A stretch of DNA of 64,000 nt from Candidatus Bathyarchaeota archaeon (GCA_963733095.1 CAVTBV010000003.1:63502-127501), one strand, 5' to 3'. Positions 38,853 through 48,811 are shown, counted from the stretch's first letter. Numbers and translations: made by a program. Notes: generated from the letters alone by a model not told the origin.

Positions 38853-39821
38853 TTAAGTTGCAAGCATTTCAGCGACCTTCAACAACCTCATATCCAGATG
38901 TTTTTTGTTGTTGGCTGCTTTCTCAAGCGCAAGACTTGTAACAGCACCCTTCTGCAATCCAACCGCTAAGTTGCCTTTTCCTTCGCAAACCACTTCAACA
39001 GCCCTCTCTGCAAATAAACTTGCGAGCAACCTGCTTCGAGCCGTTGGAGACCCGCCACGCTGAGCGTAGCCAAGTATCGATAGCCTAACCTCGGCTTCTG
39101 TTTGCTGCTGCATTTCCTGTGCAAGCTTACTTGAGTTACCGAAACCTTCGGCTACAACAATTATTCCTGCGCGTTTGCCTTTTCTGGCGTTATCTTCCAG
39201 TATTTCGCACACCTTTTCCAGTTTCATCGGGTTTTCAGGAATCAAAATAACTTCTGCACCCACACTCAATCCCACATCAAGCGCTAGAAACCCTCTTTTT
39301 CGACCCATAACCTCAACGATAAAGACGCGTTCATGAGAGATTGCTGTGTCCCTGATTTTGTCGATAGCTTCTACGGCGGTGTTGACTGCTGTGTCAAAGC
39401 CGATTGTTTCGTCTGTGCCGTAAATGTCATTGTCTATAGTGGCGGGAATTCCAATAATTAAAGCGTCAGATTTCTTGCCTAAAGCCAAGGCACCACGGAA
39501 CGAACCGTCTCCGCCTATAACTACTAGGGCATCTACGTTGTTGGCTCGCAGGGTTTCTGCTCCTGTTTCGACCCCGCCTGGCTGCTCAAACGCGGGGCAC
39601 CTCAGTGTGTGGAGTATGGTGCCTCCCAGCTGGATTATCCCGCCGACGCTGCGCGGCGTCAATTTCTTGCAAGTATTAGTCAATAATCCGTCCCAGCCGC
39701 GTTCAAAACCTAACACCTGAAAACCCATCGCGTGTCCAACACGTGTGACAGCGCGGATGGCTGCGTTCATGCCTGGTGCATCGCCACCTGAAGTAACTAT
39801 GCCGATGGTTTTTGTCAACAT
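38853..39821 (-). CDS. pfkA: ATP-dependent 6-phosphofructokinase (PfkA family)
   Basis: TSGGDAPGMNAAIRAV, GGDGS, PATIDND, EVMGR, QRGG. Confidence 0.93.
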   Translation of the reverse strand: MLTKTIGIVTSGGDAPGMNAAIRAVTRVGHAMGFQVLGFERGWDGLLTNTCKKLTPRSVGGIIQLGGTILHTLRCPAFEQPGGVETGAETLRANNVDALVVIGGDGSFRGALALGKKSDALIIGIPATIDNDIYGTDETIGFDTAVNTAVEAIDKIRDTAISHERVFIVEVMGRKRGFLALDVGLSVGAEVILIPENPMKLEKVCEILEDNARKGKRAGIIVVAEGFGNSSKLAQEMQQQTEAEVRLSILGYAQRGGSPTARSRLLASLFAERAVEVVCEGKGNLAVGLQKGAVTSLALEKAANNKKHLDMRLLKVAEMLAT

Positions 39822-39932
39822 CTAAGCCTCATAACTTCACTCTTGTTAAAAGATTAAAACATTTAGTATGTCTCATAAAGTGTAACAATTCCAAAACACA
39901 TAAATTCCCATCTTTGTCTTTATCGTCTTTGT

Positions 39933-40086
39933 CGGGAGGTAGCTCAGCCTGGCAGAGCTCTCGAGCTAGCTAACATGCTTAGCTGGTGGAGAAGCTGTAG
40001 AGGCCTACCCGTGGTGGGCTTCATTCTAGCCTGTCTAGGCCACAGATACCGAGCCGTCGCAGGTTCAAATCCTGCTCTCCCGACCA
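39933..40086 (+). tRNA. tRNA-Tyr(GTA) with two introns (39964-39993 at 30/31; 40001-40047 at 37/38) and encoded CCA
   Basis: CGGGAGG/TCTCCCG acceptor with C1-G72 and A73, GCTC/GAGC D-stem, GCAGG TTCAAAT CCTGC T-arm; both introns form BHB motifs. Confidence 0.9.
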
Positions 40087-40103
40087 AGTTAACTTTTAAG
40101 AAA

Positions 40104-40367
40104 TTAATTGAAAATGGTTTTGTGTAAGAAAGGGTTTGTGTTTAGGCTGCCGCTTTCATTGCTATTTATGTACCACACGTGACTTGTGAAGACGTACATT
40201 TTTTCTTTCTGCACCTGATTACTAGTTAAGTTGATTGCGAAAAGAACTACTGTGGTTGAAAGTATGACGGCGGCTACCAGTATGATTAAGTTTCCAACGG
40301 GTGCGCCTAAAGCGGTTTTGCGTTTTAGTAGCTGCTTTAGGTTCAAGCTTCTTATTGTTTGTTTCAA
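40104..40367 (-). CDS. Archaellin/type IV pilin-like protein, probably C-terminally truncated
   Basis: Class III-like signal KRKTA|LGAPVGNLIILVAAVILS; only 87 aa. Confidence 0.55.
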   Translation of the reverse strand: MKQTIRSLNLKQLLKRKTALGAPVGNLIILVAAVILSTTVVLFAINLTSNQVQKEKMYVFTSHVWYINSNESGSLNTNPFLHKTIFN

Positions 40368-40481
40368 TCTTTCTACTCCTTGCTTCTAGTTTTCACGATG
40401 TTCTAAATGAAGTGTTGTATAGTGAATATTGCTATATAATAAAATATTGTGTGTTCATATTCAAAATACACAAATTACAAA

Positions 40482-40971
40482 CTAAATAAACATCAACACA
40501 ACTTCACCCGGAGCAAACCAAATAGCCCCAAAAAAACTAAACACACGCCAACCAAAAACCCGCCACAAACCCAAAAAACCCATCCGCAAAAAACCCGCCT
40601 TGCCCAACGTCGCCAAAGCACCCTTATTCCTCCGTTACAGAAGCAAAAACCGCCTGTACACCTCCACTTTTAAGGCAGTCTGTGCTTGTGTTTGTTAAGT
40701 TTAAGGCAATCCCTCGGCGGCGATATGCAGGGTGAACTGCAATCCACAGAATACAACCGTACTTGAGTGCCCCGATGTGGAATTCGATAAGTTTAGCGAA
40801 ACCCACAATAACCCCTTGCGTCTTGGCTACGAGGACTTTTCCTTCTTCTGAAGTCACGCTATGGCTGGCAAAGTAGCGGTAAAACCTTGGAAACGACAAG
40901 TCAATTATCTGCCTAATTTGTGCATAATCGTTTGGAGTAGCCTGTCTTATCGCTGAGGCGTTGCTTTCCAA
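40482..40971 (-). pseudogene. GNAT N-acetyltransferase, frameshifted at ~40636
   Basis: IAVHPAYRRRGIA motif A; after FASV the protein continues in another frame as RRNKGALATLGKAGF...WFAPGEVVLMFI*. Confidence 0.8.
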
Positions 40972-41038
40972 TTTGGGTGCTCCTGCTTTGGATAATTTGA
41001 TAAAAAGAATTTAAGTTTGTTTTCAAAAAATGCACAAG

Positions 41039-42154
41039 TTAAAGAGGCGTAGTCGGCGGTAATGTAGGTTCCATTGGTTTTTTGCGTGAAAAGACTAGGC
41101 TTGTAGATTTCACGATTTGGGGTACTCCCACTAGGTCTTCTACAATCAGTAAGCCTCTTGCCAAGATTGCGAATGCTCCGATTGCGCCTAATGTAGCGGC
41201 GCTTGGGTTGACAAATAGCAGGGTCATGATTCCAACTATTCCGAATTCTTGGACACCTGCTCCAGCTGGAGTGATTGGTACAAACGCCAATGCCGTTACT
41301 AACGGGTGAATTAAAAAGAAGCCAAGCCATGCTATTGCCAAATTGCTGTTAAGCGTTATTCCTAATGCAGCTCCTAAGAAGTACCATTCAAAGCCCTTTA
41401 GAACCCAACACACCATGGTTAGTCCGAAGATTTCTGGGATTGCTGAACGTGTTTTCTGGGAACTATCTTTGTATTCTTCAAGTTTGCCCATTATGCCCCC
41501 AGTGAATCTTTTTAAATATCTGGAATTGGCTATTCGGTCAAAAACTGATATGGCTCTCTCGGACCATGAAAACGCAGCTAGCAAAAGAGCTCCAGTTAGC
41601 ATAAGAGCAATGCCTAATCCAATAACAAAAAAGGTTACATTAATTCCCAAGATAGTGGCTGAAGGCCAGTTGCCCGCTGGAACCATTTCGATCAGAAATA
41701 TGGCTGCACCGACGCCGCCTATTACTTTGACCAAAAACTCTATAGTTTGTATTCCTAAGATGCTTGAAAGCCCTTTTGATGCTGGCACATTTTGGTCTCG
41801 AAGATAAACTGGCGTTAGTATGTAGCCGGAGCGCCCCGGGGTTACGTCACTGGTTAGCATTCCTGCATATTGGGCCAGAAGTGTTTTGCCAAAAGATGTT
41901 TTTACTCCTCCTTTGCCTAAGACTCTTCTAAGTCTTACAGTAAAAAAGATGTTTATTCCAAAATACATCAGAAAAGCAAGAGCCAAATACTCTACTTTAA
42001 TGGTGAGTAAGGCGTTGTAAAGTGAACCAATTCCTATATACCAAAACAAGGCTGCGAAAATGGCGATCATGACAACTACTTGGATGAGAATTCTGAGAAT
42101 TTTTTTTGATGAACCGTGGGTGTCAACTGCTGTTGGTGCTTTAGGAGTTGTCAT
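41039..42154 (-). CDS. UPF0104 / LPG-synthase-TM (flippase-like) membrane protein
   Basis: VTPGRSG, PITPAGAGVQE, multiple TM helices. Confidence 0.85.
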   Translation of the reverse strand: MTTPKAPTAVDTHGSSKKILRILIQVVVMIAIFAALFWYIGIGSLYNALLTIKVEYLALAFLMYFGINIFFTVRLRRVLGKGGVKTSFGKTLLAQYAGMLTSDVTPGRSGYILTPVYLRDQNVPASKGLSSILGIQTIEFLVKVIGGVGAAIFLIEMVPAGNWPSATILGINVTFFVIGLGIALMLTGALLLAAFSWSERAISVFDRIANSRYLKRFTGGIMGKLEEYKDSSQKTRSAIPEIFGLTMVCWVLKGFEWYFLGAALGITLNSNLAIAWLGFFLIHPLVTALAFVPITPAGAGVQEFGIVGIMTLLFVNPSAATLGAIGAFAILARGLLIVEDLVGVPQIVKSTSLVFSRKKPMEPTLPPTTPL

Positions 42155-42292
42155 GAGTTTAGAAATTGCCCCTTGAAGGTTAAATGGATTGTGGAAAAAC
42201 ATCAAACCCTCTTAACATTCTTTTCTTGATGAAAACTGCGGAATCCCTGTCAACCTTTAGGGGTACAATAATAGTCTTTAAAACAGCAACTT

Positions 42293-42475
42293 CTACGGTC
42301 TTACACATTCGGCTTTAGGTCTGTATGGGCGCTTGGTTGTTCTTCTGCGTTTGTGGTACTTGCATTCGCTGACTCGGGTAAGCATCCAGTTGCTCTCTTG
42401 ATAGATGCATCCGCAGGGTAACTTTTGCTCTTTTGGTGCATCGGTGGCTGGTTCAGCTTTTTTAGGTTCTGCCAT
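42293..42475 (-). CDS. Small Cys-containing hypothetical protein
   Basis: GGTGGA RBS then ATG; LPCGC...ECKYH possible Zn site. Confidence 0.55.
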   Translation of the reverse strand: MAEPKKAEPATDAPKEQKLPCGCIYQESNWMLTRVSECKYHKRRRTTKRPYRPKAECVRP

Positions 42476-42557
42476 TTGTTTCTTCCACCAGACGTCTTAG
42501 TTAGAATTGCCGTATTAACTTAACCGTCGAGTTTGCCTAAAAAATTAAGAAAAAGGT

Positions 42558-42800
42558 TTGGCTGATTTTTATCGGTTTTTTTACATGTTAGCTGCGACTA
42601 ATCTGGTTAATCCCCCAACCTCTATTGACCAGGTAACTCCCGTAGCTTCGGGCGCTTCCGTATCTTCTACAGTTAACCCTTCAGTTCCCGAGTTTCCACA
42701 AGTGACAATCATGGTATTGCTCGCAGGGTTCGCAACAGTAGCAGTGATTGCTTCGGTTAAACTAATAAAAAACAAGGTAGACTATCCAACCGTAAAGTAG
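42558..42800 (+). pseudogene. C-terminal remnant of a surface protein with PEF-type sorting signal
   Basis: Ser/Thr/Pro linker, VPEFP, TM helix, basic tail; no signal peptide or body. Confidence 0.5.
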
Positions 42801-42895
42801 CCTTGAAAAAAAAGCCGCAAGAACTCTAAGAGGGGTAGGTCCTATTGGCTGAAAAAAAGTGCATTAGTAAGTTTAAAAATAGTGTTTTTTTTGAG

Positions 42896-43717
42896 TTACT
42901 TTGGCTTTATAGTGATTTGGTACAGGTTTGGCCAGTTTTTGCCCGTGACAAAAAGTCTGTTAGTGTGTGAATCGTAGGCTATGCCGTTTAAAACTGAGTC
43001 TTGGTTATTTGATTGGTAAAGTCCTGTTAGGTCTATCCAACCTTTAACTGTTCCAGTTTGAGGGTTTATTATAGCGATTTTTTGCGTTAACCAAATGTTT
43101 GCGTAAACGTCTCCGTTAATGTACTCTAACTCGTTTATGTTTGTGATAGAGGAGTTTCCATCATGAACACTTACCTGACCTGTTTTTTGGAAGGTAACTG
43201 GATCAAGGAAATAGATGTTTGACGTGCCGTCGCTCATTATCAGTTCACTTCCATTATAAGTTAGACCCCAGCCTTCGGTATTGTAACTGAAATTGCCCTC
43301 TAACGCAAAAGTTTCTTTGTTGTAGACAAATCCAATGCCGTTTTGCCAAGTCAACTGAATCAATGAATCATTAACCACCGTTAACCCCTCGCCAAAATAG
43401 TCTGCTAGCAACAAGATTTTCTTAGTTACATTTCCAGTTTCAAGGTCAACTTGGCGTAACGAAGATACGTCACTACTGCTAAAACCAAACATCGCTCCGT
43501 AACCGCCTGTACTCTCATACAAAACACCGTTATCAAAGACTAAGCCTTCAGTGAAGGCTCCAGTGTCATGTGGGTATGTTTTGACCACGTGGGAGATGTA
43601 GAGTACCGGTGAATTAGGTTTTTGCGTTTGACTATTATTAAAAATGGCAATCGAAGCTGCACCTGCCACAAGAATCGCAACTATAACCAGGATGGCCGCT
43701 AAGTGAAGTCTTCTCAT
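42896..43717 (-). CDS. Glutaminyl-peptide cyclotransferase (bacterial/plant type)
   Basis: YPHDTGAFTEGL, YFGEGL, EGWGLT, NELEY, VLNGIAYD, TGKNWP. Confidence 0.93.
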   Translation of the reverse strand: MRRLHLAAILVIVAILVAGAASIAIFNNSQTQKPNSPVLYISHVVKTYPHDTGAFTEGLVFDNGVLYESTGGYGAMFGFSSSDVSSLRQVDLETGNVTKKILLLADYFGEGLTVVNDSLIQLTWQNGIGFVYNKETFALEGNFSYNTEGWGLTYNGSELIMSDGTSNIYFLDPVTFQKTGQVSVHDGNSSITNINELEYINGDVYANIWLTQKIAIINPQTGTVKGWIDLTGLYQSNNQDSVLNGIAYDSHTNRLFVTGKNWPNLYQITIKPK

Positions 43718-43844
43718 AAAAAACCAAAAGTACTAAACCACCTAATATGCACAACGCTAAAACCGCCAAAACGTTAAAGCGAAACCCTTAAGTGTAGAGA
43801 AATCTAAGTTGTGTCTCAGACTACAAAATAGGTGTTGAAATCAA

Positions 43845-44423
43845 TTGGCTGTTGAAGGTTTTTTCGAAAACAAAAAGGAACCAGTAGAAGCAAAAGTCGG
43901 AGACTTAACCCCACAATCTAAAGCGGTTAACGTTACGGCCAAAGTAGTATCCAAAACAGAAATCAGAGAAATTCCAATGGGCAGAGACGGCTCTGCACAC
44001 AAAGTATCTGATGCACTCATTGGCGACGAAACAGGTGTAGTATACTTAACCCTATGGGACGACAACATTGAGAAAGTCAACGAAGCAGACACAGTACGCA
44101 TTGAAAACGGCTATGTTACACTCTTCAAAGGCAACATACGCTTGAACATCGGCAAATATGGCAAACTCGAGCCGGCAAAAGAACCACTTACCGTGGAAGT
44201 TAATACGGAAAACAACGTTTCAAGCAAGACATACGAGCAAGAACGCAGACCATTTAGAGGCGGCAGAGGCGGCGGACGAGGATTCGGTGGCGGCGGATAC
44301 GGTGGCGGACGCGACAGACGTGGCGGCGGATATGGCGGTGGCGGCGGATACGGTGGCGATCGACGCGGTGGCGGAGATCGACGCGGTGGCGGCGGCAGCG
44401 GCGGATACAGGCCAAGATACTGA
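43845..44423 (+). CDS. ssb: Single-stranded DNA-binding protein (single OB fold) with RGG-rich tail
   Basis: VNVTAKV, IGDETG..LTLWD, NGYVTLFKG.IRLNIGKYG; C-terminal GGRGG/GGYGG/DRRGG repeats. Confidence 0.88.
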   Translation: MAVEGFFENKKEPVEAKVGDLTPQSKAVNVTAKVVSKTEIREIPMGRDGSAHKVSDALIGDETGVVYLTLWDDNIEKVNEADTVRIENGYVTLFKGNIRLNIGKYGKLEPAKEPLTVEVNTENNVSSKTYEQERRPFRGGRGGGRGFGGGGYGGGRDRRGGGYGGGGGYGGDRRGGGDRRGGGGSGGYRPRY

Positions 44424-44595
44424 GCCCTTCAAATGTGTTAAGTTTAGAAATATTTTCTTCTTTTTGATTTTTTATCATTTAATTATTCTCTTGCCAACTT
44501 CCTAAGTATCTCCGAATATTTGTCAAAGCACGAACGTTTTTAATAAAAACTTAAATCCTCAGCGGCGATTCTCACCGTTGAATGAGATGTCTTGA

Positions 44596-45975
44596 ATGGT
44601 AGCCGAGAAATCTGAAGTTAAGCCAACCGTCGATGAATTGCTTGCGAAAGCCAAAAAACCCGCGCAGCTATCTCCAGCAATGCACAAATTCTATGAGGGA
44701 AAAATGCAAGTTATCCCTAAATGTGCCATCAGAAGTACCGACGATTTTGCCATTTGGTACACTCCAGGCGTCGCGGCACCCTGCAGAATGATCCAAGCTG
44801 ACCCCGACAAATCATTCGAGTTAACTAACCGCTGGAACTACGTTGCCGTCGTCACTGATGGGACGCGGGTTTTAGGTTTAGGCGATATCGGTCCTGAAGC
44901 GGCTTTGCCTGTGATGGAGGGTAAGGCACTTTTGTTTAAGTACTTAGGTGGAGTGGATGCGTTTCCGATTTGCCTGAGAACCAAAGACCCAGATGAAATA
45001 GTGAGGATTTGTAAGGCGCTGGAACCGACGTTTGGTGGCATCAACCTTGAAGACATCGAAAAGCCCAAGTGTTTTCAAGTTCTTGAAAAAGCTCGAGAGC
45101 AGATGCAGGTGCCCGTATGGCATGATGACCAACAGGGAACCGCAACCGTCATCTTAGCAGGACTGATGAACGCGTTTAAAATCGTTGGCAAGAAACCCAA
45201 AGAGAGCCTGATTACTCTGGTGGGTTCAGGAGCTGCCAATATACGCACTGCGTACGTGCTTATGAAGTGGGGCGTTAAACCAGGCAACATAATTCTTGCT
45301 GACAGTAAAGGTGTCATCCATACGGGCAGAGTTGACATCACCCAAGAAGAAGATCCTTGGAAATATGACGTAACCCAAAAAACCAACGGTGAAGGAAGAA
45401 CAGGCGACATCACAGAAGCTTTCAAAGGCGTCGACGCAGTCGTGGCTGCTTCAAAACCTGGCCCCAACACCATAAAGAAAGAATGGGTAAAAACCATGGC
45501 GACCAATGCAATAGTTTTTGCATGTGCAAACCCGATTCCGGAGATTTGGCCATGGGACGCCCAAGAAGCTGGAGCACGAATTGTAGCAACTGGAAGAAGT
45601 GACTTTCCAAATCAAGTGAACAACAGCCTTGGTTTTCCTGGGATATTCCGAGGCGTCTTAGACGTCAAAGCCAAAACCATAACTGATGATATGTGCATCG
45701 CAGCTGCAACGGAGCTGGCAAATTACGCTGAGGCGCGAGGCATAAGTGAAACAGATATTTTGCCTCGGATGGAAGAGTGGGAGGTATTTCCCAAAGAAGC
45801 CGTTGCATGTGCCTTGAAGTCGATTGAACAGGGAGTTGCACGCGTTAAACCCAGCAGGCAAGAATTGTACGAGCGTGCATCAGCGATAATCGTGAATGCC
45901 CGAGAATCGACTGAGCTGTTGATGAAACATGGTTTGATTAAACAGCCGCCAACAGAGGCAGAACTGCTAAAATAA
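44596..45975 (+). CDS. NAD(P)-dependent malic enzyme
   Basis: YTPGVA, VTDGTRVLGLGDIG, INLEDI, HDDQQGTA, FACANP, TGRSDFPNQVNN. Confidence 0.95.
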   Translation: MVAEKSEVKPTVDELLAKAKKPAQLSPAMHKFYEGKMQVIPKCAIRSTDDFAIWYTPGVAAPCRMIQADPDKSFELTNRWNYVAVVTDGTRVLGLGDIGPEAALPVMEGKALLFKYLGGVDAFPICLRTKDPDEIVRICKALEPTFGGINLEDIEKPKCFQVLEKAREQMQVPVWHDDQQGTATVILAGLMNAFKIVGKKPKESLITLVGSGAANIRTAYVLMKWGVKPGNIILADSKGVIHTGRVDITQEEDPWKYDVTQKTNGEGRTGDITEAFKGVDAVVAASKPGPNTIKKEWVKTMATNAIVFACANPIPEIWPWDAQEAGARIVATGRSDFPNQVNNSLGFPGIFRGVLDVKAKTITDDMCIAAATELANYAEARGISETDILPRMEEWEVFPKEAVACALKSIEQGVARVKPSRQELYERASAIIVNARESTELLMKHGLIKQPPTEAELLK

Positions 45976-46029
45976 ACCCTAAGTATTGCGAAACTTCTGA
46001 CTGGTTTGAAAAACAAAAAATAAAGAGAA

Positions 46030-46299
46030 TTAGAGCGGCGATATCTTCACTATATTTCTTTTCTCAAGCCTTTTTAGGGCATCGAGACACTCATCTTTTT
46101 TCTCGCCGGTAATATTTAGGTTGAGCATAATGTCCTTCACTGAAACGCCAGGTTTACCAAAGTTTTCGTGACGCTTATAGAGGTGCTTAACGATGGATTT
46201 TTCCAGTTTGCCGCATCGCCATGTTGTGTTGCGGATTAGGACAACGATGGTTTGGACCAGAGTCTGCTCGTTTGATTTTCTTCCTCGGGAATCTCCCAT
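46030..46299 (-). CDS. Hypothetical protein, wHTH-like
   Basis: AGGTGG RBS; ECLDALKRLEKRNIVKI pattern. Confidence 0.6.
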   Translation of the reverse strand: MGDSRGRKSNEQTLVQTIVVLIRNTTWRCGKLEKSIVKHLYKRHENFGKPGVSVKDIMLNLNITGEKKDECLDALKRLEKRNIVKISPL

Positions 46300-46373
46300 C
46301 TTCTCCCCACCTACTAACCTTCACCACTCTAATTCATTTAAACATTTGTTCCTCTGTGGAAAGAGGGCTCTGT

Positions 46374-46823
46374 TTACAATGTTTTTTGGAGGTATATACC
46401 GTTTTTTTTGCCGTAGTAGTTTTCAAGTCTACCTATGTTCCGATAGCCGAGCGTTTGGTAGAGTTTGATGGCGGAATGGTTGTCTTCGCGCACTTCTAAG
46501 TGGCATTCACCTATGCCTTTTTGTTTTAGGAGGTTTTCTATTTCGCGTAGCATTTTTGTGGCAATTTTTTTGCGTCGGTATTTTGGGGTAACGTTAATCG
46601 TTATTATGTGCCCGAACTCTGTGTTTTCTTCAACTTCTACCTGGGCAATTATGAATCCTGCTATGTCGCTGTCTGCTTTGGCAACTAATGCGATGGTGTT
46701 GTAGTCGGTTAGTAAGTAGGCTATTTGGCGCTTGCTGAAGGCTTCCTGATCGAAGCATTGCTCTTCGATTTGGTAGAGTTGGTCGAGCAGTTTGAGGTTT
46801 GCAGTTTCGATTTTAACTTCCAT
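46374..46823 (-). CDS. rimI: RimI/Ard1-like N-acetyltransferase
   Basis: GHIITINV..YRRKKIA, LEVREDNHSAIKLY..LGY, NYY. Confidence 0.88.
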   Translation of the reverse strand: MEVKIETANLKLLDQLYQIEEQCFDQEAFSKRQIAYLLTDYNTIALVAKADSDIAGFIIAQVEVEENTEFGHIITINVTPKYRRKKIATKMLREIENLLKQKGIGECHLEVREDNHSAIKLYQTLGYRNIGRLENYYGKKNGIYLQKTL

Positions 46824-46841
46824 TTTAATGATCTAAGGTAC

Positions 46842-47924
46842 TTAGGGTTGAGGCAAGATTTTAGTTTTTTCCGTTTCCGCCGAGAGGGCTATAGCCGGTT
46901 TTAATTCGAGGTACTGTTGGGCTACAAACCCTGTGAAGAAGCGGAACCACAAAGTAATTATTCTTACAAGAATGGTAGCTGTGGCAGCCAAAGGTCCGTA
47001 TACGCCCATCGAAATGTAGAGCGTAGTCATTACGGCTTCTGGAAGACCAACCTCAAAGGGTACCCCGATCGGGATTGCTTTGACCGCTAAAAATATGGCT
47101 GAAGTAACGATGATGATGCTCCAAGTAACCGGGTGTCCCAGCGACACGAACACAAGGTAAGGTATGCTTAAACTGAAAAACCATGAAATAATCAAATAAA
47201 ACATTGAGCCAGCTAATGCTTTGGGGTTGTTACGGAACTCTTTCATTGAATCGTGGAAGTGTTCGGTAACTTCAACAGTTTGCCCTGTTAGTTTAGCCAT
47301 GTTTACTCTTCCAAACGTGATTTTATGAGCAAAATGGGTTACAACATTAATGACCTTAAGTGTCCACTGTTGCTTGAACGATAAAACCAACATTAAACCA
47401 ATTATGCCAACTATTGCTGCGCCCACAAAAATGATTGCATTGAAGACCAAAGGGTTAACATTTCCGCCTCGGGTAAGCAATACTATTCCCGCAACTAACG
47501 CCACAACGTTAAGAACCATACCCAGGAGTCGATGGGTAAAGAGTGAAGCAACTACTTTCCCGAATGGACCACATTTGTCCCTTGTGCACAGGTAGGTTCG
47601 GGTGACTTCTCCGCTAATAGATTGGGCAGGCACGATGGTGTCAACGTATATGCCGTACCAAACATAGAGGTAAGCTCTAAAAATACTAATTTTGATTTTA
47701 AGGTAGTTGGTAAGCACACGCCACGAAATAGTGAAAAAAAAGACTTCCAGCAAACCAAAAGCAATCGCCACCAAGTAAATGAGTGGATCAGCACTTTTCG
47801 CCTTCGAAAGTATATCTAAAATGTCCACATGAAACAAGTAAATGTAGATGAAGAACCCAACTAAACCCAGCAGAGGAAAAACCAATGTCTTCCAAGTTAG
47901 CTTTGGCTTAGTAGGAGGTTCCAA
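46842..47924 (-). CDS. UPF0104 / LPG-synthase-TM (flippase-like) membrane protein
   Basis: PAQSISGE, PFEVGLPE, RIITLWF. Confidence 0.85.
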   Translation of the reverse strand: MEPPTKPKLTWKTLVFPLLGLVGFFIYIYLFHVDILDILSKAKSADPLIYLVAIAFGLLEVFFFTISWRVLTNYLKIKISIFRAYLYVWYGIYVDTIVPAQSISGEVTRTYLCTRDKCGPFGKVVASLFTHRLLGMVLNVVALVAGIVLLTRGGNVNPLVFNAIIFVGAAIVGIIGLMLVLSFKQQWTLKVINVVTHFAHKITFGRVNMAKLTGQTVEVTEHFHDSMKEFRNNPKALAGSMFYLIISWFFSLSIPYLVFVSLGHPVTWSIIIVTSAIFLAVKAIPIGVPFEVGLPEAVMTTLYISMGVYGPLAATATILVRIITLWFRFFTGFVAQQYLELKPAIALSAETEKTKILPQP

Positions 47925-48274
47925 GTGATTTTTACACCCAAATTAAAAGGAGAGGTACAAACCAGCAATTATATACTTTACCCAAATCTCACCACGTTTC
48001 TTTACTAAGCAAACAACTTCTCGTTGTTTTCCAGAACCTGTGGCGCGGTGTTTACTGGCCATTTTCTACATTTTAAACTTTAAAGAAAACTACATATCAA
48101 TACCTATCTTAGGATTTTGTTTATCCTTCTATATTTTCTGAAATGATTTGATATGGGATTCAAATAGGTTCGTGAAAACCTACCCGTCCATGGTTTCAAC
48201 ATAGAACCTAACATTGGAGCCTACCCTGTTAGGCAGCCACACAGACGAAAGGATCATGAAAAAGAATTGGCTTT

Positions 48275-48811
48275 TTAAATCGCTTCTAAAGCTTTCTTGA
48301 TTAACTGCTCTGACAGTTTTTCTCTATTTGCGAAAGTTACATAAAAAATTTCTGCATCAACTCTACGCTTTACCTGAGTTACAAGCGGGTCCTTGGCTTT
48401 TCCATGCACAACCGCCATTACCAGCTTTTTGCTCTCCAAAACCTGCGCTACAGCCTGTTTGAACTTCTGCGAGTAAAGTTCCATGGGGCCAATCTCGTCG
48501 ATGGCAATCGCGCTGCATTTTTCGAGGGCTTGTGAGATGGCTGCGGTGCCGACGTTGTCAAGGTCATCGAGGTTAACGTGGTACTTTCCCACCTTTGGGC
48601 CGCTCTGCCCATTTACCTGTGCTAGCCAACCATGCTTGCCGCTGGTCATGTCCAAGATTTCAAAACCCACACGTACATTGCCTTCCCGAACTTCTCGGCT
48701 AATCATGCCGCCAACACTGACACCTTTCGCTTTAAGAGCGTCTGCCGCTTTTGTGAGTACCGTGGTTTTTCCAACCCCGGGGGCGCCAGTCAAAATCAAA
48801 ACCCTTGTCAT
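48275..48811 (-). CDS. Nucleoside-triphosphatase (THEP1/NTPase_1)
   Basis: TGAPGVGKTT, REVREGNVRVGFEI, IDEIGPMEL. Confidence 0.92.
   Translation of the reverse strand: MTRVLILTGAPGVGKTTVLTKAADALKAKGVSVGGMISREVREGNVRVGFEILDMTSGKHGWLAQVNGQSGPKVGKYHVNLDDLDNVGTAAISQALEKCSAIAIDEIGPMELYSQKFKQAVAQVLESKKLVMAVVHGKAKDPLVTQVKRRVDAEIFYVTFANREKLSEQLIKKALEAI

Noticed and set aside
48165-48250. Series of short hairpins (TAGGTT/AACCTA, GCCTA/TAGGC) as a ribozyme or riboswitch
   Set aside because: Stems only 4-6 bp, no hammerhead CTGATGA core, compatible with chance
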